DNA of 64,000 bases. Origin: Geopsychrobacteraceae bacterium. GTDB lineage: Bacteria; Desulfobacterota; Desulfuromonadia; Desulfuromonadales; Geopsychrobacteraceae. Position 1 is the stretch's first letter, and each line of letters opens with the position of its first letter. Positions 20,730 to 29,733 of this stretch are shown here, one piece after another. A program made the position numbers and the translations under genes. The notes under the pieces were generated by a model. That model saw nothing but the letters and a program-made list of their open reading frames with translations, ran no database searches and had not been told where the DNA came from. The stretch covers positions 1 through 64,000 of the forward strand of contig CAXXTB010000001.1 in the NCBI GenBank assembly GCA_963676795.2, given 5' to 3'.

Positions 20730-21883
20730 TGATAATGGATGTTTACATTAACGATCTCGCAACCTTCCTGCCGAACCAGGAGGTTGACAATGACCAGATG
20801 GAAGAACTGCTCGGCATGGTCGGCAAGCTACCATCCCGCACCCGGCGGATCATTCTGCGCAACAACCAGATCAAAAAGCGCTACTATGCCTTAGATCCGC
20901 ATACCGGCAAGGCAACCCACAGCAACGCTCAGCTAACGGCAGAAGCAATTCGTAAACTGAGCCCTTACCACGGTTTTTCCATCAGCGACATTGAATGTCT
21001 CAGCTGTGGAACGGCGTCCCCCGACCAGTTGATGCCGGGGCACGCGCCTATGGTTCACGGTGAACTGGGAGGACAGGCCTGTGACGTTCTGAGCACCGCC
21101 GGGATCTGTGCCGCGGGCATGACAGCCTTTAAATATGCCTGGATGAACGTCGCGCTGGGGCAGAGTCGCAACGCGGTTGCGACCGGTTCGGAAATAGCCT
21201 CAAGCTTCATGACTGCCGGATTCTGCCAGCCGGGAAGTCCGGATAAATACGCCCAGCTGGAAGAACAGCCGATCCTCTCCTTTGAAGCCGATTTTCTACG
21301 CTGGATGCTCTCCGACGGAGCAGGAGCTGCTTTTCTGAGTTCAGCGCCAAACCGGGAAGGGATCTCCCTGCGGGTCGACTGGATCGACATGGCCTCCTAT
21401 GCCCACATTCTGCCGGCCTGCATGTTTGCCGGCGCAGAGCAGAATCCGGACGGCAGCCTGCGTGGCTGGCGCAGTTTCGGTCCCGATCAGCAGGAGACCC
21501 GGCGCAACAGCATGCTGGTCAAGCAGGATGTCAAACTGCTGAATAAAGAGATTGTCTATACCGCTGTCAACCGGGCACTGGCCGCCAGCATCGCCAAGCA
21601 TGAGCTCAAGGCTGACGAAATAGACTGGTTTCTCCCCCACTATTCCTCAGACTTTTTCCGCCTGCCACTGCAACAGCAGATGGACGCTCTGAACTTTACC
21701 ATTCCTGAAGAACGCTGGTTTTCGAACCTGGAGAACAAGGGGAATACCGGATCGGCTTCGATCTACATCATTCTGGAAGAGCTGTTTCACTCCGGCAGGC
21801 TGAAAACGGGGGACAAGATTCTCTGCTTCGTTCCGGAGAGCGGCCGCTTCTCCATGTGCTACATGCAGCTGACGGTTGTCTGA
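20729..21883 (+). CDS. darB: DarB/StlD-family beta-ketoacyl-ACP synthase III-like condensing/cyclising enzyme
   Basis: VYIN...FLPN start; Cys in AGICAAG; FLRWMLSDGAGA; FLPHYSS; GNTGSASIY; FVPESGRFS, which I recognise as DarB/StlD-family motifs. Confidence 0.85.
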   Translation: MIMDVYINDLATFLPNQEVDNDQMEELLGMVGKLPSRTRRIILRNNQIKKRYYALDPHTGKATHSNAQLTAEAIRKLSPYHGFSISDIECLSCGTASPDQLMPGHAPMVHGELGGQACDVLSTAGICAAGMTAFKYAWMNVALGQSRNAVATGSEIASSFMTAGFCQPGSPDKYAQLEEQPILSFEADFLRWMLSDGAGAAFLSSAPNREGISLRVDWIDMASYAHILPACMFAGAEQNPDGSLRGWRSFGPDQQETRRNSMLVKQDVKLLNKEIVYTAVNRALAASIAKHELKADEIDWFLPHYSSDFFRLPLQQQMDALNFTIPEERWFSNLENKGNTGSASIYIILEELFHSGRLKTGDKILCFVPESGRFSMCYMQLTVV

Positions 21884-21894
21884 AAATTATGAAG

Positions 21895-22003
21895 ATCCCC
21901 TCTCCTTGGGGAGAGGGTGGTGCGCAGCACCGGGCGAGGGGAAATCCCTCAACAATGCCCCTCATCCGCCCTGCGGGCACCTTCTCCCCTCGAGAGAAGG
22001 AAC
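21895..22003. repeat. ~105 bp palindromic intergenic element (CIR/RIME-like), copy 1
   Basis: CCCCTCTCC..GGAGAGGG ... CCCCTCATCCGCCCTGCGGGCACCTTCTCCC..GAGAAGG; similar to 54935-55029; lies between convergent genes. Confidence 0.8.
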
Positions 22004-22034
22004 GAAACATAAAAAGGTCGGAACGCCGCGTGTC

Positions 22035-22304
22035 TCAGTTCCCCTGCTCTCTGAGAATATAGTCCGCCAAGGTCTCAAGCGACTGAAGAACCTCACGGCT
22101 GCTCTCCTCCCCGCCGATCCTCACATCAAATTCACGCTGCACGGCAACCACAACCTCAACCGCATCAAGGGAATCAAGCCCCAGGGGAGACTCAGGACCG
22201 ATCAGCGGAGCGTCAGCCGGAACGCTGTCCGGTGCATCGGGGATATTGCAGGCATCGACAATCAGGTCGACAAGACGACGGTAGAGTTGTTCCTTTTCTG
22301 ACAT
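22035..22304 (-). CDS. Acyl carrier protein (possibly DarC-like)
   Basis: LGLDSLDAVE phosphopantetheine motif; AGGAGG RBS favours ATG 22304 (alternative 22325). Confidence 0.92.
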   Translation of the reverse strand: MSEKEQLYRRLVDLIVDACNIPDAPDSVPADAPLIGPESPLGLDSLDAVEVVVAVQREFDVRIGGEESSREVLQSLETLADYILREQGN

Positions 22305-22321
22305 GTTACTGACCTCCTGGC

Positions 22322-23590
22322 TCACTGACCGTAGCGACTACGAAATGAAAATATTGCAATGGCGGCCATCAGTGTTACACCAAAAAAAGCCAGCAAGGCA
22401 ACCAGATTTGAACCGATATCGCCCATCCCACCACCACGGACGAAAAGCTCATAAAAACCGTCCAGACCCCAGTTGAGCGGAGAGATCCGGCTCAGGATCT
22501 GCAGCGCTTCGGGCATGGCAAAGACCGGGACCATGATCCCTCCGAGAGCGGCAGCGATAACAATGGCAACGGCACCGGCCATCGAAGCCTGGTCGTAACT
22601 GCGCACCAGTACGCCGAGCAGCATGCCGAAACCGGTCGCCGCCAATGACGCGGCCAGGGCCAGGGCAAAAACCGCCAGCGGCTGATCACCAACCTCAAAG
22701 ACCGGAGTGCCCAGATGAGGCAGCAGGTAACGCCCGACCAGAATCATCAGGCCAAACTGCAACAGCCCGATCAGACTGTAGGCCAGGGTCTTTCCGACCA
22801 GTACCTGCCAGGCCGGAGCCGGAGCGCAGATAAGCCGTTTCAGGGTCCCTTCCTGGCGCTCTCTTATCAGCGCGCCGGCCAGCGGGACAGCAATGAAGAA
22901 CATCCCGAACAGGGACCAGGCCGGAACATTCTGCTGCACGGAATTCGGCCGTAGCGGCTGTCCTGCGGCGGCACCCTCTGTGACGACCAACAGCGGATCC
23001 GGAACTGTCTCACGCAAAATGGCCTGCTCCTTCGGCATGTTCAGCTCAGCGAAGACCATCTGCATGGTGATATGTTCGCGCTGGATCGTTTCAAGACCGA
23101 ACAGCGCATAGCGGATTGTTGTCGTCATGGCAAAGCGCAACAGCCCCTGAATCGTGCCGTCAAAGACGATCTCAACCGGCAGATCGGTATTTCCATCACT
23201 AACTTTCGGGCTGTCACTCCACTCCGCTTCGGTCTGTTGCTGCAGCCGGATAACCAACTGTTCACTGGTCCGCGACGGGATGATCAACCCGCACTGGTAG
23301 TCCCCGGCGGCGACGGCACTGCGCGCTGCCTCCGCATCGGTGCCGATCTCCAGGTTTATTTCATCCCGCTCCGAGAGGTAACGGATCAGCCCCTGGCCGA
23401 CAAACCCCTTATCCTGATCGACCAGAATCATCCGCGTTGCCGAGTCGCCGGTCAGTTGCATGATGTTGTTCTGCACCAGGGAAACGACAATGACCAGGGC
23501 CAGCGGCATCAGAAACAGCACCGCCAGACCGGCACGGTCACGCCAGAGCACCAGCAAATCTTTGAAGAAGGTCGCCAGAAAGCTTCTCAT
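22322..23590 (-). CDS. ABC-2 type exporter permease
   Basis: N-terminal TM, extracytoplasmic loop, ERQEGTLKRL motif, C-terminal TMs, SPLNWG. Confidence 0.92.
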   Translation of the reverse strand: MRSFLATFFKDLLVLWRDRAGLAVLFLMPLALVIVVSLVQNNIMQLTGDSATRMILVDQDKGFVGQGLIRYLSERDEINLEIGTDAEAARSAVAAGDYQCGLIIPSRTSEQLVIRLQQQTEAEWSDSPKVSDGNTDLPVEIVFDGTIQGLLRFAMTTTIRYALFGLETIQREHITMQMVFAELNMPKEQAILRETVPDPLLVVTEGAAAGQPLRPNSVQQNVPAWSLFGMFFIAVPLAGALIRERQEGTLKRLICAPAPAWQVLVGKTLAYSLIGLLQFGLMILVGRYLLPHLGTPVFEVGDQPLAVFALALAASLAATGFGMLLGVLVRSYDQASMAGAVAIVIAAALGGIMVPVFAMPEALQILSRISPLNWGLDGFYELFVRGGGMGDIGSNLVALLAFFGVTLMAAIAIFSFRSRYGQ

Positions 23591-23592
23591 CT

Positions 23593-24345
23593 CTAGTCCC
23601 TCAGCTGCCGGCCGGTCAGTTTCAAGAACAGCGCTTCAAGGTCGGGGCAATCGCTGTGCTCGCCGAGCAGTCCCTGTGGCGCTCCTTCAGCAATCGCCTC
23701 GCCACGGTCGATAATCTGCAGCCGGTTGCACAGCTGGGCAACCTCTTCCATGTAGTGGGAGGTATAGACCATGGTCATGCCATCGGCGTTGAGCTTTTTC
23801 AGATTTTCCAGAATCAGGTTACGCGACTGGGCATCGATCCCGACGGTCGGTTCATCGAGAAACAGGATGCGCGGATTATGCAGCACTCCGACCGCCAGGT
23901 TGGCGCGACGTTTCATCCCGCCGGAAAAGGTGGCTACCGGCTGGGAAACACGATCCTGCAGCCCGACCAGCTCAAGGCAGTGGGGAATCCTGAGCTTCAG
24001 TTCAGATCCGGACAAGCCATAAAGACGGCCGAAATATTTCAGATTCTCGATAACATTCAAACTGCTGTAGAGAGCAATCTCCTGTGGGACCAGGCCGATC
24101 AGGCGCCGCAGATGCGTCTTATTGCGCAGCGCATCAAAACCGTCGATGATAACCTCGCCAGCTGCAGGCTTGAGCAGCGAACAGAGTATCGAGATCGTCG
24201 TCGTCTTACCGGCACCGTTAGGCCCGAGCAGACCGAAAAAATCCCCGGCGGCAACCTGCAGGGACAAATTATCCACTGCCGGCAGCTCTCTCCCCGGGTA
24301 ACTGAATCTGAGATTTTCGACCTGAATCAGAGCCTGTTCTGCCAT
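23593..24345 (-). CDS. ABC exporter ATP-binding subunit
   Basis: Walker A GPNGAGKT; signature FSGGMKRR; Walker B LFLDEPT. Confidence 0.97.
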   Translation of the reverse strand: MAEQALIQVENLRFSYPGRELPAVDNLSLQVAAGDFFGLLGPNGAGKTTTISILCSLLKPAAGEVIIDGFDALRNKTHLRRLIGLVPQEIALYSSLNVIENLKYFGRLYGLSGSELKLRIPHCLELVGLQDRVSQPVATFSGGMKRRANLAVGVLHNPRILFLDEPTVGIDAQSRNLILENLKKLNADGMTMVYTSHYMEEVAQLCNRLQIIDRGEAIAEGAPQGLLGEHSDCPDLEALFLKLTGRQLRD

Positions 24346-25362
24346 CTATTCCACCAGCAGAAGAAGGTTGCGGAACAGCTGTTCTTCGCGTCCGGCACAA
24401 TCGCGCAGGATGTCGCCAAGCTCATGGAAGCTCCCCTCCAGCGCCTTGCGCCCCTTGCAGATCCGCCCGGCCTCCAGGGCAAACTGACGCCACAGGTCGC
24501 CGATCCGGGTCATCTCTGCGGCGCAGCCTTCCAGCTCATCGATACCCAGGATGCCAGCAGCCTCCTGGAGAAAGGCTGCATAGATGAAACGGAAACCTCC
24601 GCCGCCGGTGCCGATCTCTTCCTGCATGCGGATCGTGTGGCCGAGGTATTGAATGGCGCGCTTGCTGCCGAGTTTCTCCGGCCAGCGTTCAATGTGTCGG
24701 GCGAGCATGCGGATGCCGCGCACCCCGATAATCGGCACCGGCGCCTTAACCATCCGTGAGCCGACTTCCCTGATCCCTTTGCGCACGGCCCCTTGCAGAT
24801 CAAGCTGCTCGGGCGTGGCACTGACCCAGTACATCCGCCCCTTGGGGGCCAGGGCCCCGGCGGCAAAGCGGGCGCGGTCAAGATCAGCGGCCGCACAGCG
24901 GACCGTCGTTTCGAAAACCGGATCACTGATCAGGTAGTCATCCCCATCGACACCGAACACAACCGAGTTATGGGCATTGAAGTGAAAACGCAGTGCTGGA
25001 GGGAAATAGGGGAGCCAGAACACCCCCGTTTGCAGGCCGACGGGAATCTTATCATTCAATACCCGGTCCAGCTCCGTACGTGCCGCACGCTGATCCCTGA
25101 AGGTCCGCGATTCAACTGTCAGGCCCAGGCGTTTCGAGCATTTTTTAAAGATGCTCCCCGGCCCCGAGCGAAAGGTAATCAATGGCAGCTTGTTGACCTT
25201 GATAAAAGGGAAGTAACCGAAAAACAGGCCGCTGCCGATGCCATATGCCAGCGCTTCGGAAACCTGGTAGCCGTAATGACGCAGCAGGTTGGAGGTGACT
25301 CCGCTTTCGCAGTGGGCCGACTGGTGATGATCAAATTCGATATTCAACTGTTGATGACTCAT
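24346..25362 (-). CDS. BtrH-N/DUF4872-like putative cysteine peptidase or acyl hydrolase
   Basis: HHQSAHCESG (Cys), FHFNAHN (His), ISDP (Asp), QEEIGTGGGGFRFIY. Confidence 0.75.
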   Translation of the reverse strand: MSHQQLNIEFDHHQSAHCESGVTSNLLRHYGYQVSEALAYGIGSGLFFGYFPFIKVNKLPLITFRSGPGSIFKKCSKRLGLTVESRTFRDQRAARTELDRVLNDKIPVGLQTGVFWLPYFPPALRFHFNAHNSVVFGVDGDDYLISDPVFETTVRCAAADLDRARFAAGALAPKGRMYWVSATPEQLDLQGAVRKGIREVGSRMVKAPVPIIGVRGIRMLARHIERWPEKLGSKRAIQYLGHTIRMQEEIGTGGGGFRFIYAAFLQEAAGILGIDELEGCAAEMTRIGDLWRQFALEAGRICKGRKALEGSFHELGDILRDCAGREEQLFRNLLLLVE

Positions 25363-25790
25363 TGGTGATTTTCTGTTGTTACGGGTAATTCAGGTTGCTC
25401 AGGTAAAAGGTCAAGGCCCCCATCCGGCAGATTGAACAGCCGGCAATAGTTCTCTCTTGCCTCCTGCTTCATTTTCGCATAGCCCCCAGGGCGCAGGTGG
25501 CGCTTGACCCGCCAACGGCTCAAACCGACATAACCGGCCAGCAGGCCGGCATCCATCTGAAAGCGCAGCATGTGATAGTAAAGCGGACTGAACCTGCCGG
25601 CGCGGATCTCGCCAAGGGCCTGCTCAAGCTCTTCGCGAATCACGTCCCAGGCCTGGATATTGGCCAGGTTGGCCGGATCCCAGCCACGGCTCGGCACCAG
25701 CACGTAATGCCCCTGATCGTCGGTGGCATAGGTGATCTCGTGCCATTGCTCCAGTATCGCCGCATCCTGCGGAACCTCTTGCTCTTTCAT
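25359..25790 (-). CDS. Conserved hypothetical protein of the type accompanying dar/flexirubin clusters
   Basis: MKEQEVPQD...YATD..G.Y...GW...QAW...SPLYYHM..MD..LLA..VG...WRVKRHL; RBS and ATGA overlap. Confidence 0.75.
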   Translation of the reverse strand: MKEQEVPQDAAILEQWHEITYATDDQGHYVLVPSRGWDPANLANIQAWDVIREELEQALGEIRAGRFSPLYYHMLRFQMDAGLLAGYVGLSRWRVKRHLRPGGYAKMKQEARENYCRLFNLPDGGLDLLPEQPELPVTTENHQ

Positions 25791-25799
25791 GCCACCTCG

Positions 25800-26366
25800 T
25801 TAAAACAGCAGGCCAAGCTGCAGCATGACCGCGTTAATGCCGCGATTGTCGTGATGCAGATGGCCGTTGGAAATATGATAGCCGCGTAGCGCCGTGTACC
25901 AGTCATGACCGGCCAGGTCATTCAACTGGACGCCGATCCCCGCCTGCGGGTTGAAATTGATGCGCAGTCCCTGCCCCTCGACCTGAAAATCGTCATAGAC
26001 CAGGCCGATTCCGGCCTCGACGTAAGGGTACAGATGCACAGTCCTCAGCCGCTCCAGATAGTAGAGGGCGAAGATGTTAGCCGAGGCCATCAGGCGCACC
26101 TGTGAATCGTCGGCGACGCCGAGGCTCCCCTCAAATTTGAAGCGCAGCGCCTCCGGTGCAGCATGATTCCAGATCTGCTCGTAATCGTACAGGGCCATCA
26201 TACTGAGCTGGGTAAAGCCGAAGGTCGGCGAGGGATCGTAGCTGCTGCCCAGGTTAAGAGCCAACCCGCGGGCCTGCGGCTGCTCGAGGGAAAAGGCCGC
26301 TGCGCCAGAAGCCAGACTCAAGAGAAGCAGCAGAGCTGCCAGCAGCCTAGCGACCGAGTTGGACAT
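25800..26366 (-). CDS. PagL-like outer membrane beta-barrel (acyloxyacyl hydrolase / lipid A 3-O-deacylase family)
   Basis: Start moved to ATG 26366 (signal peptide MSNSVARLLAALLL); PYVEAGIG, NFNPQAGIG, HISNG...NRGIN; terminal Phe. Confidence 0.78.
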   Translation of the reverse strand: MSNSVARLLAALLLLLSLASGAAAFSLEQPQARGLALNLGSSYDPSPTFGFTQLSMMALYDYEQIWNHAAPEALRFKFEGSLGVADDSQVRLMASANIFALYYLERLRTVHLYPYVEAGIGLVYDDFQVEGQGLRINFNPQAGIGVQLNDLAGHDWYTALRGYHISNGHLHHDNRGINAVMLQLGLLF

Positions 26367-27357
26367 GGCCAAACTCCCCGCCAAACCCGTAACGCAGACA
26401 ATCAATCTGCGGCTTTGCGGCCAGAGCCTTGAGCGGTTCAGCTCCTTCCAGCGCCAATGTAGCAACGGCAAGATCAAAGGCTGGCGCGACCGGCGATGCG
26501 CCGTAAAGCTGGGTGTAGCAATGACCCTGACCAGCCGAGGCATAGTGGCGTACCGTCTGCGGAAAGCCGTCGCAGTTGAACAGCAGCTCGCCGCGCTGTT
26601 CGAAGTCACTGCTTTGCCCCATCTGCACGGCCTGGATCTGCACCCTATCGGCAACATCTTCAGCGCGCTGCAACAGAAGGAAGGCCGCACCCTCGCCGGC
26701 AATGGCCGTCAGCTCGTCCGCATCAAGCGGCCTCATCTGCTCCGGGACGACTCCCGACGCATAACGCTGCAGGCAATAGCCCAGGACATCACAGTATTCG
26801 TCGACCACACCGTAAAGCACTGCGTCAACCCGCCCTTCTTCGAGCCACTGGCTTGCCGCCAGCAGGGCCGAAACATAGGACATATCGAACTGGCTGACCG
26901 TCAGCCCCGGTCCACTGATCCCCAACTGCATGGTGAGATGCGCGACCGCCGCATTATGCACCGAATTGGAAAAGGCGGTCGGTGAAGCGAGCACGTCCCC
27001 ATCCTTGATGACCGAGTCGAGAAAGGCAAAGGTCGTTGCCAGCGCGCCGAACCCTGAACCGACGATAACGCCGATCCGTGACTTGTCCAGTTCCGGCTGA
27101 CCGGCATCGGCCAGGGTCTCATAGGCCCCGAGCAACGCCAGCCGCGAGAAATGATCGATCCGCCGCAGGGCGCGCTTGTTGAGGTATTTTTCCAGCGGCG
27201 CAACATCCGCACGGTAGACAGGTATGGTCTGACCACGCAGCTCGGTCTGGGTCACCACTGTTTTCCCGGCTGCAATTGCCGCGAGAAGATCGCCACGCCC
27301 ACAGCCGAAAGCCCCGACCAGCCCCATTCCGCTTATCGCCAAAGGTTTCATCAGCAA
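26347..27357 (-). CDS. Non-catalytic ketosynthase-like protein (chain length factor)
   Basis: KS N-terminal fold (LRRIDHFSRLAL, SPTAFSNSVHN); no catalytic Cys; directly follows a complete KS. Confidence 0.85.
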   Translation of the reverse strand: MLMKPLAISGMGLVGAFGCGRGDLLAAIAAGKTVVTQTELRGQTIPVYRADVAPLEKYLNKRALRRIDHFSRLALLGAYETLADAGQPELDKSRIGVIVGSGFGALATTFAFLDSVIKDGDVLASPTAFSNSVHNAAVAHLTMQLGISGPGLTVSQFDMSYVSALLAASQWLEEGRVDAVLYGVVDEYCDVLGYCLQRYASGVVPEQMRPLDADELTAIAGEGAAFLLLQRAEDVADRVQIQAVQMGQSSDFEQRGELLFNCDGFPQTVRHYASAGQGHCYTQLYGASPVAPAFDLAVATLALEGAEPLKALAAKPQIDCLRYGFGGEFGHVQLGR

Positions 27358-28538
27358 GCCTCCAGTCCGATAATCAGCGCTGCGTTGTTACCGCCAAAGG
27401 CCAGCGACTGCGAGAGAGCCAGCTTTTTATTCAAACTGGTGACTTCTGTGACCGGGGTCGACGGCAGCAGCGGGTCTTGCTCGGCAAAGCCGATATTGGC
27501 CGGCATTCGCGCTTGTTCCAGGCAGCAGAGTGTCAGCGCCGCCTCGATGCCGCCGGCCGCCCCGAGAGTGTGGCCGGTGAAACATTTGGTCGACGCGAAG
27601 GGCGTAGCGGGGAACAGTTCGGCAAGCACCTTCGACTCAACCCGGTCGTTATCCGGCGTCCCGGTCCCGTGGGCATTGACGAAGGCGATATCCTCAGGCT
27701 TAAGACCGGCACCGCTCAACGCCTCAGCGATCGCCTGTTTGAGGCCGATTCCGTCAGGATGCGGCGCGGTCAGATGATAGGCATCACTGCCGCTGCCGTA
27801 GCCCCTGACGTAACCGCGCGGTCTGTGGCCGCGCTGCTCGAGTGACGCGGCGCTTTCCAAAATCAATAGCCCGCTCCCCTCACCAAGATTCAACCCTTTG
27901 CGGTTGACATCGAAGGGGCGGCAGGCCTCCGGCGAAGTGATGCGCAGTGACGAAAAGCCGTTGTAGGTGGTCCGGCAGAGTTCGTCGGCACCGCCGGCAA
28001 TGACGATATCGCACAGCCCCATGCGGATCCAGCCGGCAGACAGGCCGATAGCATCGGTTCCGGAAGAGCAGGCGTTGACGACCACCTGGCAGGGCCCGTC
28101 GAGCTGGAAATGACGGGCCACCGCCGAAGCCGGGTTGCTGCGCAGAAAACGGTCGATCGGCGCCATCGAAGGCTCCTTGCCGTCACGGTAGTCGCGATAG
28201 AACTCCTCGTTGTTCATCGCGCTGCCGACGGTAGTGCCGATGCAGACACCGACCTTGAGCGACTGCAGTTGTGCAGTCGTCAGCTCAGCATTGGCGACGG
28301 CTTCCATGGCTGCACTGATCGCCAGTCGGGTCGTACGCAGCAGCTGATCATCCGTCCCCGGAGCCGGAAGCGGCTCAAGAATCTCCAGCACCGGGAAGAG
28401 CTCTTCATGGCCGGTCGAGAAGGCCACCGGACCCTGCGGCCGCCGATCACCGCGCAGCATCGCGGCAAAACTGGACGGCAGGTCCATCCCCGCCGCGCAG
28501 AGACAACCGGCCCCGCTTATCGCCACTGGCGTCTGCAT
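27351..28538 (-). CDS. Beta-ketoacyl-ACP synthase (FabB/F-type, aryl-polyene-KS-like)
   Basis: C-H-H triad: NACSSG, NAHGTGT, GHTLGAAG; AFGGNN. Confidence 0.95.
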   Translation of the reverse strand: MQTPVAISGAGCLCAAGMDLPSSFAAMLRGDRRPQGPVAFSTGHEELFPVLEILEPLPAPGTDDQLLRTTRLAISAAMEAVANAELTTAQLQSLKVGVCIGTTVGSAMNNEEFYRDYRDGKEPSMAPIDRFLRSNPASAVARHFQLDGPCQVVVNACSSGTDAIGLSAGWIRMGLCDIVIAGGADELCRTTYNGFSSLRITSPEACRPFDVNRKGLNLGEGSGLLILESAASLEQRGHRPRGYVRGYGSGSDAYHLTAPHPDGIGLKQAIAEALSGAGLKPEDIAFVNAHGTGTPDNDRVESKVLAELFPATPFASTKCFTGHTLGAAGGIEAALTLCCLEQARMPANIGFAEQDPLLPSTPVTEVTSLNKKLALSQSLAFGGNNAALIIGLEAC

Positions 28539-28540
28539 GA

Positions 28541-28792
28541 TTACTTCTGCTTGCTCTCGATGAATTCAACCAGGGTATTGATCGACTGCAGTGCCGGACG
28601 ACCTTCGTCCATATCCTTGATCTCAACGCCGAAATGGCGCTGGATGACGACAACCAGCTCAACCGCATCGAGGGAATCGAGACCGAGCCCTTCACCGAAC
28701 AGCGGTGCATCATCCTCGATATCTTCCGGGGTCAGATCCTCCAGATTGAGATCTTCGATCAGCACCTGCTTGAGTTTTTCTTTAATATCCAT
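28541..28792 (-). CDS. Acyl carrier protein
   Basis: GLGLDSLDAVE; start moved to ATG 28792 after AGGAGG. Confidence 0.95.
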   Translation of the reverse strand: MDIKEKLKQVLIEDLNLEDLTPEDIEDDAPLFGEGLGLDSLDAVELVVVIQRHFGVEIKDMDEGRPALQSINTLVEFIESKQK

Positions 28793-28806
28793 CACAACCT
28801 CCTGAA

Positions 28807-29733
28807 TTAATCCGTTTCTGATAACCACATATCAAAGAAATTAAAAAATTGATATGGTTCCCTGCGACAAAATTCGTCCAAAGCGTCTGCAAATTCCTGA
28901 ACATAGGGAGCGAAGGTCTCTGCCTTGCGCCCCGCCAGCTGCGGTACCCTGATCACCCGCGCCAGCCTGACATTGTAGCTGTCGGCCGCTGTTTTCTCAG
29001 TAAAGAAGACCACCACCGGCGCTCCGGTCGCCGCGGCGATCTTGTAGGCACTGAACGGCATCTGCACCTGCCCGCCGAGAAAGCTGACGGTCACGGCACT
29101 GCGGTCGCTGCCGAGCAACCTGTCGCCCATGACACAGACAATCTGCCCCTGTTTGAGGGCTCCCATCATCTCCAGCGTGCCGCCGAGATAGCCGGACGGA
29201 TCGATGATATGGAACGGCTGCTGTTCCCCGGCGTGTTCATGATAGTGGCGGTCGATATCGCCGGCATCGCGGACCATCAGCATATGCACCGGCCGCTTGA
29301 GAAAACCAAGCGCCGACATGGCAACCTGCCAGCAACCGACATGAGCGGTCATCATCAGCATCCCCTGATTCTCGTCACGCAGGCGAATCAGGGTTTCACG
29401 GTCGTCAATTTCGACAGTCATCGCCCTGGTGCCGAGGATACCGACAACCGCACGGTCGATCAGCACCTTGCCGAGAGTCAGGATCAACAGATAGCTGTGC
29501 CACAGCGCCTTGCCCCATCCGGCGGCGGGAAAACGTCGGGCGACATAGTAGCTGGCCCTTTTTCTCGCCATCCGACTGAACAGGACATAGTAGCCGACCA
29601 CAAAATAAAGCAGCAGGTAGGCCGCCTGACGACCACCCAGACGAATCAGCAGATAAAAGATCTGGTGCTGCCAGTTACGGCCGATACTGCGACTGTTCCA
29701 GCCTTTTTGTTCCTGATCAGACGCGTTCTGCAT
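28807..29733 (-). CDS. LpxL/HtrB-family (lipid A biosynthesis-like) acyltransferase
   Basis: TAHVGCWQ, VMGDR, V.FLGG...MP, PYQFFNFFDMW C-terminus. Confidence 0.85.
   Translation of the reverse strand: MQNASDQEQKGWNSRSIGRNWQHQIFYLLIRLGGRQAAYLLLYFVVGYYVLFSRMARKRASYYVARRFPAAGWGKALWHSYLLILTLGKVLIDRAVVGILGTRAMTVEIDDRETLIRLRDENQGMLMMTAHVGCWQVAMSALGFLKRPVHMLMVRDAGDIDRHYHEHAGEQQPFHIIDPSGYLGGTLEMMGALKQGQIVCVMGDRLLGSDRSAVTVSFLGGQVQMPFSAYKIAAATGAPVVVFFTEKTAADSYNVRLARVIRVPQLAGRKAETFAPYVQEFADALDEFCRREPYQFFNFFDMWLSETD

Noticed and set aside
21876..22301. 141 aa plus-strand ORF after darB
   Set aside because: Reads through the palindromic repeat and antisense to the ACP; no protein features
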